From Trypethelium eluteriae (lineage: Eukaryota): 57,988 bases of DNA. The stretch spans positions 1 through 57,988 of the forward strand of contig JAVECL010000082.1 of NCBI GenBank assembly GCA_051942245.1, given 5' to 3'. Both the position numbers and the translations under genes were made by a program. Shown piece after piece: positions 1 through 11,199 of this stretch. Positions within the stretch are counted from its first letter, which is position 1. Each line of letters begins with the position of its first letter. Below the pieces are notes generated by a model, which had not been told where the DNA came from, did not search any database, and saw only the letters and a list, made by a program, of their open reading frames with translations.

Positions 1-394
1 CAGTAATGACCGCACTTTCATCTTCAGTCGGTACTCTGATCCAAACGTCATTCTGCGAAGTCACGGGGCCGGAGTACTTTAGAATATCGATCGGGATTGC
101 AGAGCCGGTAAGGCCGAGGAACGAGGATAGAGCAGCAGTGAGGTGGGTACGTATTGTAAGTGCGTCTAGGTCCGGACTATTCTGGAAGGTCTGAGGGTCG
201 TCACCGCTTAAACTGCTCGTGGACAGAGAGGATGCGGATATGAGGGAAAGATGCAGGTAGGTATATGGCGGATGTGATAGACTTAAACCTGTGTGCGTCT
301 TGTGCGAAGACGAATGATTGTTTTTGCGCTCCTTAGACGCCGAATTCAAGACTATACATCTGGGGATATTGGACGAATCCACTTCCAATGCCAT
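1..394 (-). CDS. POP8: RNase P/MRP subunit Pop8-like protein, 3' end runs off the window
   Basis: Manual translation of an open minus frame from ATG 394 (absent from the ORF track because no stop lies in the window): MALEVDSS...HPPYTYLHLSL...LDALTIRTHLTAALSSFLGLTGSAIPIDILK...VWIRVPTEDESAVIT. This matches the fungal Pop8 pattern L-TAAL-x-FLG-TG-AIPIDIL...WxRVP. Confidence 0.75.
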   Translation of the reverse strand, partial: MALEVDSSNIPRCIVLNSASKERKNNHSSSHKTHTGLSLSHPPYTYLHLSLISASSLSTSSLSGDDPQTFQNSPDLDALTIRTHLTAALSSFLGLTGSAIPIDILKYSGPVTSQNDVWIRVPTEDESAVIT

Positions 395-1539
395 GATGGA
401 CAGTCTCTGCAGAGTGGAGAAAACGAAGATTATTTAGGTAGAGTACGGTATGGTGGGGCGGCGAACTGCCCCACCCCACTCAAATAGTAATGTACCTACT
501 AGTAAGCGCTAGATCGAACAAGATCTTAAATTATTTTGGGTATGAGATGTTTGGTATATTACGCAAATCTTGCGTTTGGAGTCGCAAGTGTTCAAAGATG
601 GACAGGCTGGACTAGCGGAGAGGTCACTCGTGTTTTATCTCACGTTTAAGAGTCTAATTGGGAGCCTCCTAACTCGTACAAAGCAGAAGGTGGATTACTG
701 CATTGTGTAAGCCTTCCTCATACGTATGAAATATCTGGAGTCAAAACTCATTCTTCGTCATTCATTCATCAATTCGCGCTTCTCTTATTTGCTCCTTATT
801 TTTCAATGAATTGTAGAAAGAGAAGAGAGAAGGACTGTATCGTATATGCAAGAGTTCAGCCTTAATTATGGAATGCTCATCCTGCTCGAGGATCTCGAAC
901 CCAGCAGTCTAGACTACGGATTAGTACAGGATGATTACCGACGGAAGAGCTTTGGAAGAGAATTGGTCTCAAAAGTACGGGAGACTCCAAACTTTGAAGA
1001 CTGTGTTCCAATAAGAGGTGTCAAATGACCGACAGACGGGGAGAGCGTGAACATGTTGAGAACTGAGGACAGCAGAGGACAGCAAAGGACAGCAAGGAGA
1101 GACATGCAGATTAGTCACCACCGTCTAAAGGATTTTCATATACCAATTCCCATCCATCTCGGAGCTTCCGCAGATAACCCTTGTACAACTACAGCTTCGC
1201 CCAAGCGAGTAGCTCATTTGGAAGTTAAACAGTTAGCAGAGGTGATGAAAGGTTCTTGCGATATCCAAACGTGACGTCTGAATTGTTCCAAAGTCGTTGT
1301 CGTCATTTACGGCATGCACTGGATATCAATATAGTTCCTACCTTCAAGTCTTATTTAAGTAACGAGCCAATATCGCGCCTTCCAATGCAAATGCAGAGAC
1401 CTTCGCAATGCCAAAATATACGCATTGTCTGTCGACATTCGTCCATTCCCAATATCCATTGTCGCACCCACGTATCCAGCCCCAACTCTCACACACTCCA
1501 AACTCCCAGGATCCTGTTTCAACCCCATCTCTAATAGGC

Positions 1540-2141
1540 TCATAATCGGAGCAAGATATCCAGACATGGTACCCTCCATTCTCGCTTCCCCCACAACGCC
1601 CTCAATCCCTCAGTGCTTGCGCCTGCAACACCATTTCCGCCCTCCCCGACCGTCCTCTTCTTCAACCCCTCTACCACCGCTGCGGCAAGACTGCTCGCCG
1701 TATCTACGACCGCGCTCGCAACTAGGCTTAGCGTCTCCACTTCGTTATCCTGTGCAGTACGTCCTCCAGTTGTATCTCCGCCTTGTGTCGCATTGCCCGG
1801 CACACAGGAGGAGGCAGACGATAATGACGATTTGGAAGGCGAGAAGGGAGAGTGTGGTAGTGAGGACCGGGGCTCGAACCAATCAGCACGAAAGTCGAAG
1901 AGAGAGAGGACGAGAATGGCGAGAAGGAGGGAGCAATAAACGCAAGGCCGGTTGAGGAAATAGGTGACGGTAAGGAAGAGGAGAAGGTAGATAGGGGGCG
2001 CGTTGGTGCTGCTGGTAAGGTTAATTAGCTGGATTAATTGATTGGTCGTGCTAGCTTTAGTAGAGAGACTATTGGAGTGTGAGCGGTGATGTATACTTAC
2101 AGGAAGAATAGGATGGGTATCCAGCTACGAAGGCAGAACAT
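1540..2141 (-). CDS. BC10/BLCAP-family small membrane protein, 2 exons (2141-2101; about 2011/2008-1540)
   Basis: Spliced translation MFCLRSWIPILFFL(S)TNAPPIYLLLFLTVTYFLNRPCVYCSLLLAILVLSLFDFRADWFEPR...LWGKREWRVPCLDILLRL*. The donor GTAAGT is at 2100, the branch is GCTAAT and the acceptor is CAGCAG. The MFCLRSW start and RPCxYC motif are typical of the BC10 family. Confidence 0.8.
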
Positions 2142-2758
2142 TTGGAAGTGAAAGTGTAGTGGTCGATGCGCACTTGGCTGGCAGAACGAGCCCGAGACTC
2201 AAAGGTTCTATCGAGTACAGAAGGAGCAGTATAATTCAAAGGGGAGGAAGCGAGAGAGTTTTGATGGAATATTAAGTTGCAATGCTAAGATATGAAAGCG
2301 AGCTGGCCGGTTTTGCTCCGCAAGACACTACTCCGATCCTCCGCCTAAGGTAGGAGCTGCGAAGCCGGCCAATCCGAGCTGGTGAGCTGTCTCTCACAAC
2401 TGGAATCTCGCTTCATATCATTGACCCTCATACACTCTTGTGAGCACGCTACTCGTACTCCTTATTATCTGACCTGTTCTCGTGATCACTGTCGAGTTAA
2501 GAACTACGGAACCTTGGTAAACAAAAATAGCACTCCTTTCCAAAAGTAACTTGAGCAGCGTAAGTGGGTACGTAGGTAGGTACCTGGGCACGAAGGTAAA
2601 GCTTGAGCATGATTATCATGGATCTTGAATAGATATCTATCTGAAATGCAAAAATTGCAAAAGGGTATTGAGCAGACTCATAAAGGCGTACCACTCAGTG
2701 GTATTTAGACAATCATGCATGACAAAACTCCCAGAACCCCAAACTTTATGAGTACTAC

Positions 2759-5700
2759 CTACCGTCGTGCCTGCCGTATCACGACGATGCGTCAGCTAAA
2801 GACACGTTTTTGGAAGTTGATGGCTTTGTGTATACAGTACAAGAAAAGATAAGGAATAAGGGCGCTCACGACTTACCTGCGATTTATTCACGAGGACCCG
2901 CTGCTTCCCTAACCAGCTTCTCGGCTGCTCGTTTCGCCTCTGCAGCGCCATCGTATTCATTTGCAGCCGACTGCTCAAGTCGTACCAGGCGCTTGTCATC
3001 AACGCATTCTCACGTTTCAGGTTTTCAGTTTCCTCTTGAGAAGCCTACATACATGTCCTGTCAGCAAAGTCCCCAAATGACTGCCAGCAGAGATACCCAA
3101 CGTACCTTGTCTCCACCATTTTTCTTCGCGTCTTCGATCTCGAGCTGTAGGGCGCGCACGCGGTCTTCGTTCAATTCGGCGCGCTATAAAAGAAAAGACT
3201 GGTCAGCGAGCGCTAAACCAGGATCTGCGTTGCTTCGTTTTCTTTTGTTTGACTTGCGCTTCTAACGTCTGGTTGATCAACTTGGCCGGGCGAACAACAG
3301 ACTCCTCCTGAGGCATCAGCTGTCCCATGGCCGCAAGCTCGGACACTGGCCGTGCCTTTGCTTTGCCAGACGTGCCGAACCAACTCTTGCGAGCAGGTTT
3401 AGGAGGGCTGGGTGTTGATGGCATTGATCCGCTCGGAGCGTGTTCAACCCATGGTTTGCGGGGCGAATTGATGAGGACGAATAGCGTCTTATCATTCAGT
3501 TCGGAAGCATGGACTTGGGCGTTTACCTTTGTAGCTTCTTTCACCATTTCCCTGCCTTCCTCCAATCGATCTGCAAGCTTGGTAGCGGTGCCCTGCAAGA
3601 TGGTCTCATCCGCGGTATTGTCTCGCGCGGCTTCAAGCTGAGCCAGTATGAGCCTAAAGTCTTGATCCTGAGCGTCAGTCCCGCGTTGAAGTGCGTTGGC
3701 ATTGCTTAGAGCCATTTTTAGCAAGGCCTCCTTTTCGTCCAGTTTTACGTTGAGAGACGAGTTTGTGGCGCGCTGCTCTTCAATATCGGTCGAAAGCTTC
3801 TGGTACTCATCCTCCTTACTGAGGGTTAGATCATTAGCGGCCTTGACCTGTGCGAGTTCAGCTTGTAGTCTGAAAATCTCTTCCTGCTTATCCGTGGTCT
3901 CCTTCTGCAACGCTTGTAACTGTTCCCGCTGATGGAGAAATGGGTGGGAGCTGGGATCTATGTCAGTCGTTGCATTTTCGCAAAGATGCTCAAGAGGGCA
4001 ACTCAACGCTTCTAGGTCTTTGTGGTCCTTGAGGTCGTTCAACGCCGTCTCGAGTCCTAGCTTGTCCTGATAGACGTCAAGATAATCGGTCTCGAGAGAG
4101 TTGTTACGAGCCTCAACCGCAGCAACTCTTTGGCGAAGGAGTTCAACTTCGGCGTTCCCGCTAACGGCAGGCTTGCTCTCGGCCGCTTTTGCTCTCCTGA
4201 GTGAATTTAGCATGACTGCTCGCATCCATCTGTGCGCATACTCATATTGCACGAACGTCTCAACTGTTTCGTCCCGCGCTGAAAGCTCCTCGTCAAGGTT
4301 TCCGAGACCTTGTGGTGCGCTTCCCTGATCGGTTTCCAGTCGGTCTTGAAGCTCTTGTATGGTCTCATGATCCCTCTGTTGCCTCTCCTTCATTGATTCA
4401 TATCTCTGGAGTGCAGATTTAATATCCGCTTCAAGGCGCTTTTTGGTTGACTTAGAGTCGAAGATTTCCTGTTCACAGTTTGCAATGACCTTACTCTTTT
4501 CTTCATTAGCTTTCAGAAGAGCATCTCGGTCCTCTTTGATCTTGTCGTAGTCTTGGAGTTGCTCTCGAGCTGATTGGAGATCGTCCCGCAAGAACTCGTC
4601 GTTGCGCACTTGGTCCTGTAGCGTTTGTATCTTCTTTTTTAAATTCTCGTTAGCGTTCTTGTGCTGGATGAGCTCATCTCGCTCTGCCTTGAGTAGCTGA
4701 AGTTGATCTCGCAGCTCAGAAACCGAATCCGACTTGGCCTTTAAGAGATCAAGCTGTCTCGATTTGGTCTCGAGTTCTGCCTGAGACGTACTGAGCTCAG
4801 ACTCAAGAGATGCGATATGGTTCCTATCTTTGGTGGCCTGCGAGGAGAGGTAGGCGATCTCATCTGTATTCGCTGACTTGCCTTGGTTCAGAAGTCTGTA
4901 CTCCGCAAGCTCCTCTTCAAGTTTTGAATGCTGTTCGCGTAGGCGCACGAGCTCTTGATCCTTGCTAGAATTCTTTTCTCTCAGTTCGTCGATCAACTTG
5001 TACGCTTGTATTAAGCTTTCTTCCTTTTGCAGTTCCATGTCGACCTCGAAAGAAGGACCTCGCGATGCTTGGATTGTCTCTGAGGTAGACAAGGCGTCAT
5101 GATCGACACCGTTATTGGTCTCTGCAAAATAATTGCCCGTTTTCTGATCGGTTTTCTCAATTTCCTCGATTTTTGTCGCAATTGCTATTCCCGCATCCTG
5201 TCCTATGCGTTGTAGACGCCCGACCATGCGTTGATTCGATTCAGGAGAGTACATCGCACAGAGAAGTATGGCCATGACAAGCTGTGATATGATTTCAGCA
5301 CAAGAAAGTGTTTCACGTGGAACGAACCCAGCTTGTACCTTTGGCGCCTCTTGGGCGACGCCATCTCCCGCAACACCATCGAGATGTGGACAAAGTTTAT
5401 TGACCGTATGGGGGAGTCTACCAAGCTTTTGGCCTATGTACCTTGCGGCGCTTCGTTCGATGTGCTTGACTGCATAGAAATCAACGTTGACATCCAAACC
5501 CGTCACACAGGTCAATTTAGGAAACGGACTGTTCTGAAGTCTGAGGACGTATTCCTTGGCAAGCTTCTGCCCCTCATCTGGAAGTGGGCCGGAAAAGTAG
5601 TCCGAGTCGATGTCTTGTAATATTTTCCATAATCTTTGACCATCTCTGAGGTTTGACCAAGACCTAATTGGTTCTCCAAAGTCGAAAGTGTTCACCTGTT

Positions 5701-5798
5701 AGTTGTGTTAGCAAACTGTCACATTTGCAGCGGAAAGACTAGCGAAGCTGTACCCATTTGAGAAGTGCTGAGGCCAGCTCAGGCGTATACGCGTCCAT
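2759..5798 (-). CDS. hookA: Hook family dynein-dynactin/early endosome adaptor (HookA-like), about 9 exons
   Basis: N-terminal Hook domain (MDAYTPELASALLKW|VNTFD...LRDGQRLWKILQDID), a long coiled coil, and the conserved C-terminus LKRENALMTSAWYDLSSRLQ...PRSWLGKQR. Introns at 5696-5753, 5470-5529, 5282-5338, 4197-4256, 3951-4007 and 3184-3526, plus two more 3' introns. The last micro-exon is ARR* (2770-2759). Confidence 0.9.
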
Positions 5799-6532
5799 TT
5801 CAGGGATATTGTAGCTCGAAATGCGGATGTGATCCAGAGCTGTTGTCATATGCTGAATGTGCCGAATACGACTCAGATACTGCTGAGACTCGGACAGACA
5901 TGGTTACTGGGTGAGTTATGTAGCTTGAATAAAGTTGGCGGCCATGCTCAGACAATGGTGGTTGTGAGCTGGGATGGTCGTTCTCTCCGAGCGTCGCTCA
6001 TTGATCGGCGACAAAGCCGCTTTAGCATGTGCAATCAGAGCATCAAAGAAACAACAATGCGACTATTGCCTAAGGTCTCTTTCAGAACTGCGCTTGCTCC
6101 CGAGTCTGCTAGATTCGGATGCGCATGCATCGCATCAAGGCCACACATAGGCAGGAGGTTACGTTGTGGCTGCAGTGAATCCAAACTTCAAACTTCAGAC
6201 CTTGTTGGCAGACGATTCGAGTGTCACATATCAGAAGAAATAGTGAATTGACGATGAATTTTGAAGGCTACGTTAGAGAAGACGCCAAATGTATGATCTT
6301 TTCTACACATTCAACAAGCCTGGGATTCAGACTCGACTATCCGGCCTGCACACCTAACTCCCAGAAATTCGGTTCTCCCAGTGATGCACGTAGAACCTAT
6401 GCACGCATTTCTATCCCAGCTACCACCTTCTCAAGAACTCAAAAGCCATACCCGTTAACGCCTGAATGTAACTTGTTCAGTCTGGCTTGGTGATCACCGA
6501 GACGATTTTTAGACGATCCGAGCCAAGATCAT

Positions 6533-6879
6533 TTAAGACGGTCCACCCAGTGCGTGCACTATTTGATCTTCTTCGATTGTTGCCTCGTGTTCGGTGCCCC
6601 AGGCCTGTACGGAGTTTAGGACCTCAGCTGGCGCATTGGCAGCGAATCCCTTGATCAATTCTAGAATCGATTAGCGGCGTTGAATGAGAAATTCCCGAGC
6701 TTCTCACTGAAGTCATGCGTGACAACGCCTCCTGCCTGTCTGATTGCATCTTTGGCTTGATCCAGGATAGAATCCGGTGTGTCTTGTTTGTAACTGACCA
6801 TGACCGCTTTTAGTGGCGGGGTCTGGGCGAGAGCGCAGACCACAAGGAAAACAAAAAAAGACAGGATGGTATATCTCAT
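6533..6879 (-). CDS. Secreted peptidase inhibitor I9 (subtilisin-propeptide-like), 2 exons
   Basis: Signal peptide MRYTILSFFVFLVVCALA, then KAVMVSYKQDTPDSILDQAKDAIRQAGGVVTHDF|KLIKGFAANAPAEVL...IEEDQIVHA. Intron 6661-6707 (GTGAGA..GCTAAT..TAG). The GGxxTHxYxLIKGF and IEEDQxV motifs are characteristic of I9. Confidence 0.85.
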
Positions 6880-7663
6880 GATGGCGAAATGAGTGAGGCT
6901 GTGACAGATCTGGCGATTTCGTAGCACTATAGGATAAGGTCCAGGAAGATGAGAAAGACGTAATGCCCTTGAGGCTCCTCTCCTCCGTACTCCGTATTCC
7001 GTCCGGTAAAGGGAATGCTGCACGCGGCGTCATATGACTAAGCCATCCACGCTAGTTCGTCTGCGGTAGGCTAGCTCTTCAATAACTTCAGGTTGCGCCG
7101 CACTTCCACCACCACATTCCATGCTTCCTGTAAGTTTCACTTCGCCTCGATCTCCACATTTACTCACTTTCACTAGGGACACTCTACTATTTACCTGTCA
7201 TCGACTCCGACATAAGGGGAGAATTTTCGCTTGCAAGAAGGAATCCGCCAACGTCCGTCAAAAGAAGGAGGTTGGGCTTCAGTGACAGGTACGACGCCTT
7301 CATCAGTTTTGGGGGAGTTTTGGGCCAGCATCACGATCTGGGAAGCCTTGGCTACATTCTCGAAAGGTTGGGAGTTAAGCAATGCCAGGGTCTCGGTAGC
7401 GCTGGAGGATTTATCATAGCTAGCAACGAGTCTTCAAATTCTTGCATTTCCTTCTCGAAAGAGGAAGACCTGAAGGTGCGCGTGGTGTCGGCTGCGAATT
7501 GGTGGAGATCTGTCAGTGGATCAGGTCAGATTGCAACCTATATCTAGTCTCTGCCAGGTCGTCTTCCTGTACAAGAAGCGCCGAGCGTTGCGGGCGCTCA
7601 TCCTCTGCAGCTGCTATCATTGATCGCTCCCTGTAATCCTGAACCATAAGCTTCCTGACATCC

Positions 7664-9918
7664 ATGGCATCATCCTCGGATGAGGTCGCTGCCGACTTTG
7701 AGGACTCCCTCAAAGATCTCCAAATCAACAACAGATACGAAATTAGTAACCTAACCATCATAGCCAAAGAAAATACTGAACATGCACAAGCTATCTCTGA
7801 AGTATTAGAAAAGCACATCAGAAAGGTACGCAACTTCCAGTCTAATTAAAACATGGAATCATTTCATTAGGTTTCCATTAGCAATTCATAGAAATAAGTT
7901 TCTCATCCGTCAGAACTCCTCACTAATTGTCCTGACTTAGACACCACCACAGCGCAAATTACCTGCTCTATACGTTCTTGACTCCATAGTCAAGAATGTT
8001 GGGAGTCCATACCCCGTCTATCTCGGAAAAAACCTATTCAGCACATTTATGGATGCGTATCAACTGGTAGATCCAGCAACTCGACGGAATATGGAAGGGA
8101 TGTTGAAGACGTGGAAAGAAGGCATTCCAAACTCTGGGGATCCCTCGCCTGTATTTCAATCCGAAGTCACGAAGCGAATTGAGAATGCCTTGATCAAAGC
8201 CAAAACTGCTGCTGTGCAGAGCCAGCAAAATCAAGCACGATCTAATCGATCGCCATTCCCTTTACCACCTCGTCCAATGCAATCTCCGGCCCTGCCATAC
8301 CGCAATACTCCTACACCCCCTCATCAAAATAGCATGTATTCTGCCCCTCCTCCTAACGTTGGTCAGGTGCCATACGGGAATGCAGCTCAACCCCGGCAAT
8401 TCACTAATCCACAGGTAAGTCTACTATGTCACTTTGCGCCTTGATCAGACGCTTACATTGTACAAGACACTTGCTGCTCAACCCTCGCAACAATACCCTA
8501 CTCAGTTCACTCCATCTCATCAGTATAATCAATATGCTTCTCCTTCCAACCCTCAAGCAGACCTTGAACGTCTACTTCATGACATCGATCGTCTTATCAA
8601 GACTGCGCAGTCCGAGTGGGCCGCAAACTTTGGCGATACGGGTGTTCAAAAACGTCTTCAGGCTTTGTTAGATCTTCAAAACATCGTACGAGGTCAGCAA
8701 CTACCACCAGAGCAACTGAAGGCAGTTCAAGATCAGGTTTCGTCGTTGTCCGCACAAGCGCACCACGTGCCAAAGCCACTTCAACAATTCCAGCCAACTC
8801 AGAATCAGCCGAATACTGCTCGAACATATTCGCCACAGCCTTTACAGCAAGCATCACAACAGTTCCAGCCGTCGTCATCTCAGCCCCCTCCGACGCAGGG
8901 CGGAATTGACATGAACATGATCGCACGAATCTTAGGAACAAGTACTCCTATTCAACAGCCGACACATTCAATTCCGCAGATCCATTCGGTTGCTCCGTCA
9001 GCTATTTCAACTCCGCAAAATCAGATCCAGCCTAACGCTCCCCCAGCAACGACTCCGCAGTCTGGAACTGGTACTTCTCTACTCGATGCGCTTCGATCCG
9101 CTGGTTTCGTGGGAGGTACACCCGCAACCCCAGCTTCTGCAGCACCACCGACACTGCCCCTTCCAGCGGCTTCCATAGTCCAGCAGCTTTCCACACCACC
9201 GAGCCTTCCAACCGGGCTTCCGAAGCCCGTGAATACCTCCAAAAATGACGTAAATCTCAACCCAGCCTCGCTCAAAACCCCCCGCCCAGACCTCTACATC
9301 TCGCGCCTGCTATCCTCACGTCCAAATCAATGTAGTACCTGCGGTCGACGCTTCACGGCCAATGACACAGGGCGCGCACAGAAACAACGCCACCTTGACT
9401 GGCACTTTCGCACAAACCGACGCATGCAGGATGAATCGCGCCGCGGTCAGAATCGCGCCTTTTATATAGACGAGCTGGCGTGGATCAAGTCACGCGAAAT
9501 TGACGAGTCGGCAGATCCGAACGCAGGTGACAATGGTTCTGGACAATTGGCCAATGGTGCTGTGGCAGCCGATGGGGGGACGGGAACGGCAGGGAAGGAG
9601 GGGACCAAGGATCCGAAGATGAGGTATATACCCGTGCCGCCTGATGCAGCAGCAACGAAGCCAAGATGTCCGATTTGTCAGGAGGAATGGAAGAGTGTAT
9701 GGAGGGATGAAGTGCAGGACTGGGTGTGGATGGATGCGATCAAAGTTGGGGGCAGGGTGTATCATGCGACATGCTATGAGGAGGTGAATCGGGGACTAGG
9801 AGTTGGAACACAGGCCCCTAAGAGAGAGACACCGACGCCGGATAGTATCTTAGGGAAGAGAAAGGGAGAAATAGAGGGAAGGGATGTGAGAATGAAATTA
9901 AAGAAGGAGGGGTTGTGA
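7664..9918 (+). CDS. PCF11: mRNA cleavage/polyadenylation factor Pcf11, 3 exons
   Basis: CID domain (FEDSLKDLQINNRYEISNLTIIAKEN...KLPALYVLDSIVKNVG), Q/P-rich middle, zinc motifs CSTCGRRF..HLDWHF and CPICQE..YHATC, and the Clp1-binding-like RGQNRAFY segment. Introns at about 7826-7940 and 8415-8466. Confidence 0.93.
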
Positions 9919-10252
9919 TTGGCAGAATGGTTGAGCATAATTTCAAGCGAACGCTCTCTAGAACTATTGAGCGAGCCATTTGCGATTATCTATATTTCCT
10001 TTTAAGCATAGTTTTGGCTAAAACCTCGGGTTTGCTGGACTTCAATCCGCCCTTCTTCACACAGAAATCTCTCGTCAGATTCTTCGCTGCGCTTGCAGTT
10101 TTGTGGAGAGACATCAATACATCACATCATTTCAGTCTACATCTCCGAAATTGAGTCAATGCTCGCAGCTTCCAGGCGTACCATATCCTAGCTTAATCGC
10201 TCGTAGTCAAATCGAAAGACTCGCAAGCTTATTCATGATACGTCCAAAGTGT

Positions 10253-10266
10253 TGACGTCGACGTCA
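10253..10266. promoter_or_regulatory. Perfect 14-bp palindrome TGACGTCGACGTCA with CRE-like (ATF/CREB, AtfA-type) half-sites
   Basis: Seen directly, about 165 bp upstream of the ATG at 10432. TGACGT is the ATF/CREB core; function is inferred only. Confidence 0.3.
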
Positions 10267-10431
10267 GTCCAGTTTTGGCATCATTAAAATTTTACCCTCA
10301 ATTCCAACATACCGACCATGCATTACATGCAACTAGGAAATCAATAATTGGAATCCCGTCGTTTCATGTCGTTCTTGTGAAGACTTCTCTTGTCAATTAC
10401 ACCTGTCCCCAATTACCCTTTCTCCTTTGCA

Positions 10432-11199
10432 ATGTCCCATCCCCAGCTCGCGAAACCCTCATTATCAGATATCCTGTCTAGGCTTCCCCAGAGCATCCCC
10501 ATCTCCCCCCAAAAGCCGGATGCCGCACTCACGCCCATCATATCCTCTTTGCAACTCCACCCCACCATCGAAGCCCTCCTACATCTCCTCCATTCCGATC
10601 TTCCATCTGCCCATTTCCTATGCAGACATATGCAAGCTCCACCAGCGGTTGAGGGAATGCTACTACATTCCATTCTACATCGGATTGAAGGAGATTGGAA
10701 CAATTCAAGGGCATGGGTGGAGGATGTGGGAAGTGACCAAGAGAATACAGAGGACCGTGAGCATATAACGAATGACGTCGGCGAGAAGTCTGCCCGCTGT
10801 AGGTTTGAAGCCGCGAATGAGAGATCGGCTACAGTTGAGGGGGAAAAAGTCGGCGAAGGTCAGGAGCAAAAAGGACGTGGCTCGAGGCTTCTTCGCTACG
10901 TTTACGAATCCGTACCCCTTCGAACCTCATCGAGCGACTACGTAGGCGGCGAGCCTGTACAAATGGCACTGGACCTTATTTCGAGCGTCGAGGCCTTTCG
11001 TACGCGGAATGAGGGGAGTGAGGAGGTCCTGAAACAGGCTTTGCTACATGAGACACGCCAAGTACTAGACTGGTGTGTTCATGAGTTTGGTGAGGGCAGT
11101 TGGGGGGATGTGAGTAGTGCGTGGGTCCGACCAGAAGAGAAGGTGAGAAAAATTGGGGAAGAGATGGTCAGTGGAGAAGGGGGTTGGAGGGAGTTCTAA
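10432..11199 (+). CDS. Conserved uncharacterised protein (255 aa, intronless)
   Basis: Clean ORF from ATG 10432 with the motif LHLLHSDLPSAHFLCRHMQ..EGMLLHSILHRIEGDWNNSRAW and C-terminal GEGGWREF, which I recall from fungal hypothetical proteins. Confidence 0.8.
   Translation: MSHPQLAKPSLSDILSRLPQSIPISPQKPDAALTPIISSLQLHPTIEALLHLLHSDLPSAHFLCRHMQAPPAVEGMLLHSILHRIEGDWNNSRAWVEDVGSDQENTEDREHITNDVGEKSARCRFEAANERSATVEGEKVGEGQEQKGRGSRLLRYVYESVPLRTSSSDYVGGEPVQMALDLISSVEAFRTRNEGSEEVLKQALLHETRQVLDWCVHEFGEGSWGDVSSAWVRPEEKVRKIGEEMVSGEGGWREF

Noticed and set aside
3203..5695. 830-aa ORF taken as the Hook protein
   Set aside because: It reads through five introns and lacks both the true first exon and the conserved C-terminus. 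It is treated only as a possible isoform.
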